Of a stretch of DNA of 64,000 nt, positions 36,188 through 46,521 are shown piece after piece; the first letter of the stretch is position 1; each line of letters begins with the position of its first letter. The stretch comes from Candidatus Aenigmatarchaeota archaeon (GTDB taxonomy: Archaea; Aenigmatarchaeota; Aenigmatarchaeia; QMZP01; QMZT01), in the NCBI GenBank assembly GCA_041489155.1, contig JBGPQP010000005.1, positions 17,812 to 81,811 on the forward strand, given 5' to 3'. Below the pieces are notes generated by a model, which saw only the letters and a list, made by a program, of their open reading frames with translations, ran no database searches and was not told the origin of the DNA. The position numbers and the translations under genes were made by a program.

Positions 36188-37258
36188 CTATCTCATGTGA
36201 AGCTCAACGACGTCGCAGTCCTTCAGAATGTGCCTGACTCCGACTTTCTGCTCCGGGAATTTCGCAGAATTCCCCCATATCCTTGCGTATTCAAGGTTCC
36301 TTGCGAATTCCTTGTGTATCCTTTCGGCGATTTCATAGACAGTCGAACCTTTCCTGACTATGAGCGGCTTTTCCATATCCGGCTGCTTGCCGATTCTCTT
36401 CATGTAGATTCTCATAAGGTCCATATTTTCCCATATCGCTTTCTTGAGTTCTGCCACGCCTTCGTTCGTGAACGAGGAGACTTTTATTATGTTTTTCTGC
36501 AGCCCTCTCCTTTGTTCTGCAGAGAGCAGGTCAGCTTTCGCCTGTATCACGATTGCTTTAACATAAACCCTGTTGCTGCATGTAACGTCGATGAGCCGGT
36601 CGAGCGTCAGATCCTCGCGCACGACAATCTCGGCATTGTGTATGCCCCGCTCGTTCAACACCATCTTTATCATCTTCTCATCTATGTGCTTCTGCCTGAC
36701 GCCGCTCAACTTTATCCCACCTCTCTCGGTTTTCTTCATGACCACATCGGGCCTCTTCTCGTTCAGGCGGAAGCCCGCGTCATGAAGCTCCCTTTGAATG
36801 ACGCCAAGCTGTTCGGATTTGTCTATCATTATGATCAAGAGGTCAGCGTTCCTAATGACCGAAAGTATCTCCTTCCCCCTGCCCCTTCCGGAAGAAGCGC
36901 CCGTGACAACTCCCGGGATGTCGAGTATCTGTATTTTCGCAGAATTGTATTCCATTATTCCGGGGATGACGTCAAGCGTGGTGAAATCATAATCCCCGAC
37001 CTTCGAAGCGGCGGAAGTTATCTTGTTGAGGAGGGTGGATTTGCCAACGGACGGGAAGCCCACGAGAAGGGCAGTCGCATCGCCAGTCTTCCGGACCGAA
37101 AAAGCCTTTCCCCCGGAGATTGATTTTTTGGTCATAGCCTCCTCTTTCAATCTTGCAATCTTGGCCTTCAGCAGGCCGAAGTGATATTGTGTTGCCTTGT
37201 TGTATTTCATTTTCTGCATTTCTTCCTCGATTCTAGCGATTTCCTCTTCCCTTCCCAT
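36188..37258 (-). CDS. drg: DRG/OBG-family GTPase with TGS domain
   Basis: YNKATQYH, GFPSVGKST, YDFTT, DIPG, SAKFPEQKVG. Confidence 0.95.
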   Translation of the reverse strand: MGREEEIARIEEEMQKMKYNKATQYHFGLLKAKIARLKEEAMTKKSISGGKAFSVRKTGDATALLVGFPSVGKSTLLNKITSAASKVGDYDFTTLDVIPGIMEYNSAKIQILDIPGVVTGASSGRGRGKEILSVIRNADLLIIMIDKSEQLGVIQRELHDAGFRLNEKRPDVVMKKTERGGIKLSGVRQKHIDEKMIKMVLNERGIHNAEIVVREDLTLDRLIDVTCSNRVYVKAIVIQAKADLLSAEQRRGLQKNIIKVSSFTNEGVAELKKAIWENMDLMRIYMKRIGKQPDMEKPLIVRKGSTVYEIAERIHKEFARNLEYARIWGNSAKFPEQKVGVRHILKDCDVVELHMR

Positions 37259-37299
37259 ACTGATCCCGATTTTTATTATTGGTGATATTAAATTATAAT

Positions 37300-38946
37300 A
37301 TGGCTCTGCCTCTTTTGTTCGACGTCGGCATCATAGTTCTGGTTTCAGCGGTGCTGGCATATGCTGCGCGTTTTCTCAGGCAGCCGGTGATACTCGCATA
37401 CGTCGTCGCCGGCCTAATAGTCGGTCCTGTGGGCCTTGGCATAATAACAAACACCGAAGAGATAAGCCTCCTATCCGAACTGGGCATAATCTTCCTCCTG
37501 TTCTCGATCGGCCTCGAGCTGGATTTCAGGCGCATCGAAAACGTTGGCTTCGCCACAATCATCGGCGGTTCGGTCCAGATGATACTGACGTTCGCCATCG
37601 GTTTTCTTGCTGCCACGGCATTCGGCCTGACAGGCATGCTGGGGATTTATATAGGCCTGATGATGGCCATCTCGAGCACCATGATAGTGGCGAAAGTTCT
37701 GACGGACAAGGACGAGCTCGGCACGCTGCACGGCAGGATAATGGTCGGCGTGCTCATTTTACAGGACATCGTGGCCGTCATAGTGCTGCCCATGCTTAGC
37801 CTTTACCTTTCAATGCCAGTAATATCATTTGATGTGATTGCCTGGTTCGCGCTGAAAGGCCTCGGCTTCTTCGCCTTTGCCTTCCTCGTGAACAAATTCC
37901 TTTTTCCCAGGGTCCTGGACTATGCTGCCCAGAAGCACGAGATACTCTTCATCACGGCTGTTGCCAACTGTTTCCTGTTCATAGGCCTTTCCTATGTTCT
38001 TGGCTTCACCATCGCGATAGGCGGTTTCATTGCCGGGCTTTCCATGGCGAATTTCCCGTACAACTTGGAAATAGAAGGCGAAGTCCACTCGCTCCGCGAC
38101 TTCTTCTCCATACTGTTTTTCTCAAGCATGGGCATGCAGCTCAACTTCCTGGCCATAGGCAACGCCTTGCCCTTTTTCATAACCGTCCTGCTCCTGCTGA
38201 TGTTCATTAAACCGGCAATACTGGCGGGTACATATCTTCTCTTGGGCTACGGCGGCAGGACAGCCGCATACATAGGCCTTGGCCTTGGCCAGACAAGCGA
38301 GTTTGTTTTCATAATAGCCGCAGAGCTGCTTAGGGTAGGCAGCATAACGCAGGAATTCTACTCGCTTCTCGTAAGCATGGTCGTCATCTCCATAGTAACC
38401 ACGCCTTATATGATTTCAGCAAAAAACATTTTCTACAACTTCTTTTCGCGCTTCAGAATCCCGATGTCGCATCTGATACATCCAAAAAGCATCAGGGACA
38501 TGGAGAACCCTCCCGATGCCCTTAGTAACCATACGGTTCTTTTCGGCGCCCACATGATGGGGGATAAAATAATCCATTACCTAAAGGGCAGAAGGGAGAA
38601 ACTTGTCGTTGTAGAAAGAGACCCAGAGATAGTGAAGAATCTCAGGCGCAGGGGCATATATGTCTTGTACGGCGACGCGGAAAACGAGGAGATGCTAAGC
38701 AAGATTTTCCTTGACAAGGCGAAACTGCTCGTGACGACCATACCCTATGCAGACGTCACCGCTTTCGTTGTGAGAAAGGCCAAGCGCATCAACCCAAAGA
38801 TAAGAATATTCGCGCGCGCGCCTGACAGGAGAGAGGCTGAAAGAATATACAAGGCAGGCGCCGACATTGTGATTATACCCGAATACGTCTCCGGAGACAG
38901 GTTTGTTCAGAAAATAGATCATTTTTTGAAAGAGAAAAAATTATGA
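37300..38946 (+). CDS. CPA2 cation:proton antiporter (Kef-type) with C-terminal TrkA-N/RCK domain
   Basis: ELGIIFLLFSIGLE, SSTMIV, LILQD, SEF, YGDA. Confidence 0.9.
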   Translation: MALPLLFDVGIIVLVSAVLAYAARFLRQPVILAYVVAGLIVGPVGLGIITNTEEISLLSELGIIFLLFSIGLELDFRRIENVGFATIIGGSVQMILTFAIGFLAATAFGLTGMLGIYIGLMMAISSTMIVAKVLTDKDELGTLHGRIMVGVLILQDIVAVIVLPMLSLYLSMPVISFDVIAWFALKGLGFFAFAFLVNKFLFPRVLDYAAQKHEILFITAVANCFLFIGLSYVLGFTIAIGGFIAGLSMANFPYNLEIEGEVHSLRDFFSILFFSSMGMQLNFLAIGNALPFFITVLLLLMFIKPAILAGTYLLLGYGGRTAAYIGLGLGQTSEFVFIIAAELLRVGSITQEFYSLLVSMVVISIVTTPYMISAKNIFYNFFSRFRIPMSHLIHPKSIRDMENPPDALSNHTVLFGAHMMGDKIIHYLKGRREKLVVVERDPEIVKNLRRRGIYVLYGDAENEEMLSKIFLDKAKLLVTTIPYADVTAFVVRKAKRINPKIRIFARAPDRREAERIYKAGADIVIIPEYVSGDRFVQKIDHFLKEKKL

Positions 38947-39758
38947 GCCGGGAAAGGATCGATCTAAAGACGTCAAAAGACCAGCATCTCATGACCAATC
39001 AGGAAACCATCGAAAAAATAGTAGATGCTGCATCAATAAAACGCGGAGATAGGGTAGTTGAAATAGGCGCAGGAGAAGGAGCGCTTACGAAGAAACTTGT
39101 AATGAAAGGTGCAAGGATAACAGCCATAGAAATGGACGAGAGATTCAAAGGCCCCCTTGGCAAACTGAATTACGGCAACGTGGAAATAATATACGGGAAC
39201 GCCCTCGACATAATCGACAAAATCGAATTCAACAAGATAGTTTCGAACATCCCCTATTCCATCTGCGAACCCCTTTTGAGCAAGCTCGGTGGAAGAAATT
39301 TCGACCTCGCGGTAATAAGCATCCCTGAAAATTTCTACAAAACAATTTCTTCCAGATTCGGAGAAAAAAATTATTCCGTGCTTACCATAAGAACTGAAAG
39401 TTTTTTCAGGGTCGAGTGCAAATTCAAAATCCCAAAAGGCGATTTCAATCCTGTACCAAAGACAGAATCGGTCGTCGTCGTCATAAAACCGCTCTCAAAG
39501 GCCGACTATGAAAAGGACCCCAGGAAATTCATTCTCAGGGAAATTTTTCTGCAGAAGAAAAAGAAGCTGGGCAATTCGCTAATGGAAGCCCTGATAAACC
39601 TTAACAAAAACATTTCCGGAAAAAATTTCACCAAAAAAATGGCAAGGAAAGCCATAAAGAAAATGAGGCTTGGGGCGCACCTCCTTGGCAAACGTCCTGC
39701 TCAAATGAGCAAGGAAGATTTCGGGAAAATAAGGGAGAAATTGATTATTTCGCTATGA
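38943..39758 (+). CDS. rsmA: 16S rRNA adenine dimethyltransferase (KsgA/Dim1)
   Basis: DQHLM, VVEIGAGEGALT, VSNIPYSI, FNPVPKTES. Confidence 0.9.
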   Translation: MSRERIDLKTSKDQHLMTNQETIEKIVDAASIKRGDRVVEIGAGEGALTKKLVMKGARITAIEMDERFKGPLGKLNYGNVEIIYGNALDIIDKIEFNKIVSNIPYSICEPLLSKLGGRNFDLAVISIPENFYKTISSRFGEKNYSVLTIRTESFFRVECKFKIPKGDFNPVPKTESVVVVIKPLSKADYEKDPRKFILREIFLQKKKKLGNSLMEALINLNKNISGKNFTKKMARKAIKKMRLGAHLLGKRPAQMSKEDFGKIREKLIISL

Positions 39759-40437
39759 AGGCTTCGCCTTCTGGTTGCACGACAACGCCCTGTTCCGTTA
39801 TCTTGTAAGGATGCAGCTTTTTCGAGTGGTCAGAACCGCTCATCTTCCATATCTGAATCGCGCGGGTGAAGGTGAACTCGTTCCTTTCGTAATAAAGCAC
39901 AATGACGCTGTCGGTCACGAACTCCTCGACCCCGTAACGCGAAATTCCTTTTTTTCCGGGAACTATTTCCGAAACAAGAAGCGCCGTGCAACCCAACTTC
40001 CTGAGGATCGCCGAAAGGTTGAATATCATCCTTCTCAGTTCTGCCTTGTCCCTTACGTGTATCCCCAGAGCCGAGATGGAGTCTATTACTATTCTTTGCG
40101 CTCCCATATCCCTTATCGCATTCTCAAGGACGTCGAAAACTTCTTCCACGTGGTACGGATCGTATTTCAGGAAGGCGAATTTCCCTGCCTTTTCATAAGG
40201 CTCGAAATTTATCCCGAACTGCCTTACGTTGTTCTTTATGTTCTGCGGCAGCTCCTCGAATGAAAGATATATGCCGTTTTCCTTGAATTTCGTCAGGCCG
40301 TTGTAGATGTATTGCGAGCAGATGGTGGTTTTCCCGGTGCCGCAGGTCCCGGACAAAAGAACGAGCTGACCCTTGGGAATTCCGCCATTCATTATTTCGT
40401 CAAGACCTTCTACCCCTGTTTTGACCCTTTCCATCAT
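39745..40437 (-). CDS. Second KaiC/RAD55-like ATPase
   Basis: KTGVEGLD, GTCGTGKT, SFEE, RIVIDS, EEFVTDSVI. Confidence 0.9.
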   Translation of the reverse strand: MMERVKTGVEGLDEIMNGGIPKGQLVLLSGTCGTGKTTICSQYIYNGLTKFKENGIYLSFEELPQNIKNNVRQFGINFEPYEKAGKFAFLKYDPYHVEEVFDVLENAIRDMGAQRIVIDSISALGIHVRDKAELRRMIFNLSAILRKLGCTALLVSEIVPGKKGISRYGVEEFVTDSVIVLYYERNEFTFTRAIQIWKMSGSDHSKKLHPYKITEQGVVVQPEGEAFIAK

Positions 40438-40544
40438 TGTCGATCAATCAAAAGTTTGTATACAAAAGATATGCTATCTTTCTCTATATATTGATATTGC
40501 TTTTTTATTATTAAAAACCAAAACCAGCCCGTTCCCGTTAATTT

Positions 40545-41564
40545 TCATACAAACCATTTGTTAAGACTTTCGCAGTTTCTGTTTTTAAGGGCCGAAAGCC
40601 TTTCGATGGTTTTGCCAACCCTTTCTTCCGAGAAATCAAAATCAAGCATGAATTCTCTGAGCTTTTCGAAATCAGGTTTTCTTCTTTTTATCTCAACTTC
40701 GGAAACAGGAGGCTTCATGAAGAATTCCAGTATCTCCTTCGGATCGGTTTCGAATTCCCATTTTACATCCGAAAAAATCTCTTTGAAGGCCTTTTCCTTG
40801 GCCATTTTAAGCGCAGTTTTCGGGCCGATGCCTTTGACGCCTCCCGGGTTGTAGTCCGTTCCTATCAGAATGCCTATGATTATAAGCTGCTCCTTTTCTA
40901 TCCCCAGTTGCGAAAGCGCTTGTTTAAGCTCGATTATTTCAGGCTTGACCTCAACATAATCCTCTTTCCTGGCTATTTTCCTTCTACCGCTCAAGGTTAG
41001 ATTTTTTACCATTTTATCTGCACCAAAAAGAAGCGAGTCCCAGTCCTGCGAGCCGCTTGCCCAGGCCTTTCCGGCGTTTACCATGTAAGCCGCCTGCGCT
41101 TCACCTTCGCTTGGCGCCTGGACAACAGGAATGCCCATGTGTTGAAGCAGGGTTTTCGCGCTTTCTATCATTTCTCCTGTCAGCCTCGAGGTTGCCTGCG
41201 CATATCTCCTTATAGCTTCTACATCTCCTTTCGCTCTCGCATCCTCAAGCCTTTCTTGCGCCTCCTTCTTTACCAGACTGCGCATTTCAGTCGTCCTTTT
41301 TTTGAAATGCGGCGGCGTTCCGTCGAAAACGAACACGGGATCGATGCCGTTTTCGAGAAGATTCGTGGTTCTGTAGAAAAGCCCTGAAAGATGCGATGTC
41401 ACCCGCCCCTTCGAATCCCTGAGAGGCTCGCCCGTGAACCTGTCGCGGATTATCGAAATGAACTGGTAAAGCGTATTGTAGGCATCTATCGCTATCGTCC
41501 TGCCCCTCATGTCAGCAAGCTCTATCTGTCTTCCTGAAACAATGCCTGATAGATTTACGCCCAT
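40545..41564 (-). CDS. fen: Flap endonuclease 1
   Basis: AIDAYNTLYQF, TSHLSG, FVFDG, APSEGEAQ, SQDWDSLLFG, GTDYN, PIP-like SLNKWF. Confidence 0.95.
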   Translation of the reverse strand: MGVNLSGIVSGRQIELADMRGRTIAIDAYNTLYQFISIIRDRFTGEPLRDSKGRVTSHLSGLFYRTTNLLENGIDPVFVFDGTPPHFKKRTTEMRSLVKKEAQERLEDARAKGDVEAIRRYAQATSRLTGEMIESAKTLLQHMGIPVVQAPSEGEAQAAYMVNAGKAWASGSQDWDSLLFGADKMVKNLTLSGRRKIARKEDYVEVKPEIIELKQALSQLGIEKEQLIIIGILIGTDYNPGGVKGIGPKTALKMAKEKAFKEIFSDVKWEFETDPKEILEFFMKPPVSEVEIKRRKPDFEKLREFMLDFDFSEERVGKTIERLSALKNRNCESLNKWFV

Positions 41565-41606
41565 ACTAAAAAATTGCTTCCAGTTTTAATAAAAAACTTG
41601 GAAGGC

Positions 41607-41948
41607 TTAACAGGTCGAATGGATGACAGCAACTACTCGCTTCTTGTCCGCCATGAAGCCGTTGAACATCTTCGCTGCTTTGGGCGAAAGTTCCTTATAT
41701 ATTTCGATGCCCTTGTCCTCCGCCGCTTGGTCCACTTCCTCGAGAACCTTGCATATGTTGTTCATCCCTGTGCCTATTATTATGATTTCCGGCTTTCTTT
41801 CGGCGAGTTTAAGAAATTCGCTTATGCCTATTATATGCGACTTCTCTCGGAACTCGATTTTGCCGTCCCACCATACTATCATGTCCGAGAAATAGGTCTT
41901 GCCGCTTATCTCGACTTCTCCGAACTTTACCGAATTTATCTTTATCAT
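41607..41948 (-). CDS. Mth938-like (DUF498) protein
   Basis: FG..I.GK.Y.SD, PEIIIIGTG, C-terminal HSTC. Confidence 0.85.
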   Translation of the reverse strand: MIKINSVKFGEVEISGKTYFSDMIVWWDGKIEFREKSHIIGISEFLKLAERKPEIIIIGTGMNNICKVLEEVDQAAEDKGIEIYKELSPKAAKMFNGFMADKKRVVAVIHSTC

Positions 41949-41998
41949 TCAATTCACCTTCTAATGGCACAGGTTATACCTGTATACGTTGCTGGTCA

Positions 41999-42120
41999 TA
42001 GCCCCGGGCGGATTCGAACCGCCGTCAGCCGGTTTCCCCCGATTTTGATTTTTGCTGAAGCCCTTTTCCTAAAAAGCTTCGTCCAGAGCCGGCTATCCTT
42101 GGCCGCTAGACTACGGGGCT
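41999..42120 (-). tRNA. tRNA-Gln(CTG) with a 49-nt intron at 37/38 (42034..42082)
   Basis: AGCCCCG acceptor stem, GCCGG anticodon stem, TTCGAAT T-loop, BHB motif at intron ends. Confidence 0.9.
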
Positions 42121-42244
42121 GAAGTCTTTAAGGTGTGTGCTGCCATGATACTTATTTTTGGTTTGTCTGTTTAAAATCATATTGCGCCTTTTAAATATAA
42201 GAAAACAAAACTAAACTTTAAAACAATGACTGATAGGTGTTGCT

Positions 42245-43465
42245 ATGACCCATGAAGACATACGCAAGAGAAGATTGAAAGATTTAGTCGAAGAGCTGGA
42301 AAACTTCCGAGGTCGCCACACAGAACTGGTTTCAGTCTACATCCCCGCTGGCTTCAACCTCTTCAAGGTGGTCGAGCAGATAAACAACGAAAAGTCGACT
42401 GCGCAGAACATAAAGTCCAGATCCGTGCGCAAGAATGTTTCATCCGCGCTCGAGCGGATAACGCAGCATCTTAAACTTTACAAGCAGACGCCGCCCAACG
42501 GTCTGGTCATATTTGCAGGCAACATTTCCGAGCGAGAAGGCGTTGCTGACATAGAGATATTCGCGCTCGAGCCGCCTGAACCGCTGAAACAGCGTCTGTA
42601 CCGCTGCGACCAGAAATTCGTGCTCGATCCCCTAAAGGAAATGATAAGGGAACGCGAAATCTTCGGCATAGTGGTTCTGGACAAATCAGAGGCCGACATA
42701 GGCATACTCGTGGGCAAGAAGGTAAGACATCTTAAGCATCTGGATTCCCTGGTCCCGGGGAAGACCGACAAGGGCGGTTGGTCCCAGGCGAGATACGCCA
42801 GGATTCGCGAGGGCCTGCTCAACGACTTCTTGAAAAAAGTCGGGGAAGTCGCTTCGCAGCAATTCGTTGAATTCAAGGACATGGTGGGCATAATCATTGG
42901 CGGGCCAGGGCCGACTAAAGACGCGTTCGGTAGCGGAGGCTTTTTGAGGTACGACATGCAGAAAAAAGTAATCGCCACCGTCGATATCTCTTATACCGGC
43001 GAATACGGCCTTGATGAAGCAGTTAACAGGTCAGAAGATGCCTTAAAGGAAGCCTCGATCATGAAGGAAAAGAAACTGCTGGCCAGGTTTTTCAATGAGC
43101 TTGGAAAGGACTCGGGCCTGGCGGTATACGGCCTGAAGGAAGTGCTGGAAGCGCTTAAGTCAGGTATCGTTGAAACCCTGCTGGTATCCGAGAAACTTGA
43201 CTGGGTTAAGGCAAGACTTCGCTGCCCCAAATGCGGAGAAGAAAAGGACGTTATAATGACGAGGGATAAGCTGGAAGGGATGAAGTGCCAGAAATGCAGC
43301 GAGCTTTATGAAATACTGGCCGAGAAGGATCTGACTGATGAAATAATAAAAATGGCAGAGGAAATGAGCACGAACGTAGAGATGGTTTCTAACGACACGA
43401 AAGAAGGGAACCAGCTTAGAGAGATGGGCGGAATAGGCGGGCTTTTGAGGTATAAATCCCAATAA
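42245..43465 (+). CDS. prf1: Peptide chain release factor aRF1
   Basis: GRHTELVS, NIKS, YRCD, GGWSQARY (GGQ-region variant), GGIGGLLRY. Confidence 0.9.
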   Translation: MTHEDIRKRRLKDLVEELENFRGRHTELVSVYIPAGFNLFKVVEQINNEKSTAQNIKSRSVRKNVSSALERITQHLKLYKQTPPNGLVIFAGNISEREGVADIEIFALEPPEPLKQRLYRCDQKFVLDPLKEMIREREIFGIVVLDKSEADIGILVGKKVRHLKHLDSLVPGKTDKGGWSQARYARIREGLLNDFLKKVGEVASQQFVEFKDMVGIIIGGPGPTKDAFGSGGFLRYDMQKKVIATVDISYTGEYGLDEAVNRSEDALKEASIMKEKKLLARFFNELGKDSGLAVYGLKEVLEALKSGIVETLLVSEKLDWVKARLRCPKCGEEKDVIMTRDKLEGMKCQKCSELYEILAEKDLTDEIIKMAEEMSTNVEMVSNDTKEGNQLREMGGIGGLLRYKSQ

Positions 43466-43467
43466 AA

Positions 43468-43983
43468 TCAATAAAGAAAACTGAGGATTTTTGGCTTTTT
43501 CTCGTAAATTTTCAAGACAAGTATCGGGATCGCGATGCCTATACATGTCCCTGCCAGTATGTCAACTATCCTGTGCACTTGCAGGAAGTATCTTGAAGAG
43601 GCTACCAGAAGCGGTATCAGGAACAGCGGATACGTCCATCTCTTTCGCAGCACCAGCCAGACAGGCATGAAGGCGGCAAATATAGTTGCTGCATGGCCCG
43701 AAGGGAAGGCATTGTCAGACAAGCAGTATGGATTGCAGTCTGTAAACTGGAAAATGCATGGTATGCATGGCCTGTCTGTCTGCAGCGCATTTTTCAGCAC
43801 GAGCACCGTTGCTACCGTAAGTAAAATACTGATTATGTAGATTGCAGCGAATTTTTTAAAAAGCGCTTTCTTCTCAGGCTTCAGTTTTTTTCTGAATAAA
43901 AAATACGCAAGCAGGACAAGCAGTGTTGAAAACGTCCAGATTTCCGGGCCGCCAGCAAGCGTGATGCCATACCACAAGTCCAT
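43468..43983 (-). CDS. PAP2-family phosphatase
   Basis: K...RP, FPSGH, SRYFLQVH..DILAG. Confidence 0.85.
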   Translation of the reverse strand: MDLWYGITLAGGPEIWTFSTLLVLLAYFLFRKKLKPEKKALFKKFAAIYIISILLTVATVLVLKNALQTDRPCIPCIFQFTDCNPYCLSDNAFPSGHAATIFAAFMPVWLVLRKRWTYPLFLIPLLVASSRYFLQVHRIVDILAGTCIGIAIPILVLKIYEKKPKILSFLY

Positions 43984-44023
43984 AGAAATCAATTTGATTT
44001 CTGCAAATAAAACAATGATTGCT

Positions 44024-45022
44024 TTACTGCTGCGAACCCGTGTGGATGGCTTTCAGGTCAACAGGTTCCTTAACTTCTGTTTTTCTGAAAGATTTCCTGA
44101 AAAACACCAGTCTTTTTTTAGCGCCTGGAACAGAACCTTCTACCAGGATGAATTTCTTCTTCACCTCGCCGTAATTCACAAAGCCCCCGGCTACCTTTAC
44201 GCCGTCAGCCCCTATTTTTAACAGTCTTTTGTTGAATTCTGTTCTGTTCTGGAAGCCCATCTGCCCTGCCTGCGCGATGGTGCCAGGCAAAACCCTGCTG
44301 GGTGTGACAGCACCCATGGTTCCGAGATGACGCATCTTGCCCTTGTTCTTCCTCGACCTTATCTTTATGCCGAATCTCTTGACAGGACCCTGGTAACCTT
44401 TGCCTTTGGTGACGCCTTTGACATCTATGTATTCCCCTTCAGAGAATACCTCAGAAACATCAATTTCCTTGCCGAGCTTTTCCTTCGCGTATTTCCATTT
44501 GTCCTGTATGTTGCCGGTTAGGTCCACCTCGAAAACTTCCGGCTTTTTCTTCCCAATGCCCGTTTCCCTGGGCTGCGTCTGGACGAGCAGGCGTATGTCA
44601 GCTACATCGTTTAATCTGCTGTCAAAGTTCTGGACATCAGCGGGAGGCCTTTTCGGGACGTCGAGTTTCCTTACGATTTCCCTCTTCAGGTCCTTTGTCC
44701 ATATCATGCCGATGTCTTTGTAACCGTAAGGGTCCTTACCAAAAAGTTTTATTGCGAAAACGTAAAGTGGAGGGCATTCAATGACGGAAACAGCCCTGCT
44801 TGCTTCCTGCCCGTGCGTGACGCTTTTCTTTTTGGTTTCCATGAGAATTACGTGAGTCATTCCGGCCTTGTAGCCGGCGAATTCCAGTGGTTTTGCAGCG
44901 CTTGTTTTGCCGGCAATTATTTCAAGCTGTTTCGAGTGCTTGAACCTTGGATAAATCCTTTTTGCCCTTTTCCTCGGCCAGAAAGCACGAGAACCAGCCC
45001 TTGGTTTGTGGCCTTTTGCCAT
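44024..45022 (-). CDS. rpl3: 50S ribosomal protein L3
   Basis: PRAGS...PRKRA, GYKAGMTH, TKGKGYQGPVKRFG, AGQMG. Confidence 0.95.
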   Translation of the reverse strand: MAKGHKPRAGSRAFWPRKRAKRIYPRFKHSKQLEIIAGKTSAAKPLEFAGYKAGMTHVILMETKKKSVTHGQEASRAVSVIECPPLYVFAIKLFGKDPYGYKDIGMIWTKDLKREIVRKLDVPKRPPADVQNFDSRLNDVADIRLLVQTQPRETGIGKKKPEVFEVDLTGNIQDKWKYAKEKLGKEIDVSEVFSEGEYIDVKGVTKGKGYQGPVKRFGIKIRSRKNKGKMRHLGTMGAVTPSRVLPGTIAQAGQMGFQNRTEFNKRLLKIGADGVKVAGGFVNYGEVKKKFILVEGSVPGAKKRLVFFRKSFRKTEVKEPVDLKAIHTGSQQ

Positions 45023-45025
45023 GTT

Positions 45026-45415
45026 TTACACCCTTCTGCCCCCTCTTCCTCCCGCCTTTCTCGTTGTGTCGTGAGGAACGGGCGTGACGTCTTCAATCCT
45101 TCCAACCCTCAGGCCTGCCCTTACCAGCGCTCGTATCGCAGGCTGAGCCCCTGCACCGGGAATTCTCTTCTTGTGGCCGCCCTGCGCGCGGATCCTGAGA
45201 TGAACGCCCACAAGGCCCTTCGCAAGCGCTTCCTCGGCGACTTTCTTCGAGGCCTTCATGGCGGGGAACGGCGAACCCTTGTCCTTGTCCCTGCTGGTTA
45301 TCATGCCGCCCGAACAGCGTGCGATGGTTTCAGAACCAGTAAGGTCCGTTATGTGAATGATCGTGTTATTGGTTGAAGAATATATGTGCGCGATGCCCCA
45401 TTTCTCGTCCTTCAT
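45026..45415 (-). CDS. rps11: 30S ribosomal protein S11
   Basis: [36 protein letters not shown]. Confidence 0.95.
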   Translation of the reverse strand: MKDEKWGIAHIYSSTNNTIIHITDLTGSETIARCSGGMITSRDKDKGSPFPAMKASKKVAEEALAKGLVGVHLRIRAQGGHKKRIPGAGAQPAIRALVRAGLRVGRIEDVTPVPHDTTRKAGGRGGRRV

Positions 45416-45882
45416 TTAGAACCACCCTTTACGTTTATCGTGTTTTCCTTTTTGACGGAGACCATGTAGGAAGGGAAAGTCGTTTTCCTCCCGTCCACGT
45501 AAACATGACCATGCACGATCCTCTGCCTCGCGTCCTTGGCACTTGTCGCAAAGCCTTTCTTGAAAACAAGCGTCTGAAGCCTTCTGTTGAGGACGTCATA
45601 CGCCTTTAGCTGCAGCACATGGTCAAGGCCCTGCTCCTTCTGTATCAGGCCCATTTCCACGAGTCTTTCCAGAAGGATTTTCGTTTTCGTTTCGTCTTTT
45701 TCCGCGATCAGGGTTCTTGCCCTTCGCCTGAAATTGCGCACGACTGCCTCCGCTCTCCATATTTCGCCTTTTTTCTTCAGGCCGAATTCTTTTGTCAGCT
45801 TGTTTTCTTCTTCCATCCTGGTCGAGTCCCAGCGTGACCTTGGTCTCTTAAGCTTTTTCTTCAGTTTTCTCATAAGCATCAC
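45412..45882 (-). CDS. rps4: 30S ribosomal protein S4
   Basis: [28 protein letters not shown]. Confidence 0.95.
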   Translation of the reverse strand: MMLMRKLKKKLKRPRSRWDSTRMEEENKLTKEFGLKKKGEIWRAEAVVRNFRRRARTLIAEKDETKTKILLERLVEMGLIQKEQGLDHVLQLKAYDVLNRRLQTLVFKKGFATSAKDARQRIVHGHVYVDGRKTTFPSYMVSVKKENTINVKGGSK

Positions 45883-46436
45883 TTGGATTCCTTAGCGGCG
45901 GCAGCTGCCTTGGCGGCTTTCCTCTGCACACCCACAGTCCCGCCGCTTCTGAAAGAGCTTCTTGTTCTCTGCCCGCGGACGGGCTGGCCAAGCATGTGCC
46001 TTACGCCCCTGTAGGACCTTATTTTCTTCTCTCTGTCGATGTCGCCTCTCTGGGAAAGCTCAAGCTGCGAAGTGGTCATGTGAGCGACGCTGCCTTTCTC
46101 GACCGCCTTTCTTCTGTTGTACATCCAGGAAGGGATTTTGTATTTTTCAGGATGATCCATGATGTCCTCGAGCTTCTGCAGTTCGTTTTCCTTGAGCTCG
46201 GAAACCTTTCTTTCCCCGAGGCCTGAAATGTCTGCTATGATGCGGGAAAATGAGAATGAAATGCCCGGTATTTCCAGTATAGCCGAAGAAACCTTTCTGT
46301 TGCCGTCGAGATTCGTTTCCCCAAGCCTCACAACGTTAAGAAGCCTCTTTTCAGGCCTGGCGAATTTCTCTTCCTTCTTCTCCGCCTTTTCCTCTTTCTT
46401 CGCTCCCTTCTCTTTCGCTTCCTTTTCGGCAGTCAT
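45879..46436 (-). CDS. rps13: 30S ribosomal protein S13
   Basis: IPSWMYNRR, SYRGVRH..GQPVRGQRTRS. Confidence 0.95.
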   Translation of the reverse strand: MTAEKEAKEKGAKKEEKAEKKEEKFARPEKRLLNVVRLGETNLDGNRKVSSAILEIPGISFSFSRIIADISGLGERKVSELKENELQKLEDIMDHPEKYKIPSWMYNRRKAVEKGSVAHMTTSQLELSQRGDIDREKKIRSYRGVRHMLGQPVRGQRTRSSFRSGGTVGVQRKAAKAAAAAKESK

Positions 46437-46521
46437 TGAGTCACCTTGCTATACCAGTGTATGAGTATGTAAAGACAATTATATAAATGAATATTTAAAT
46501 ATTATAAGCCGGCTTCCGCGC

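Noticed and set aside
35808..36237. ORF-track ORFs 35808..36026, 35998..36237 and 36015..36200
   Set aside because: Better explained by the two Cys-motif microproteins in other frames
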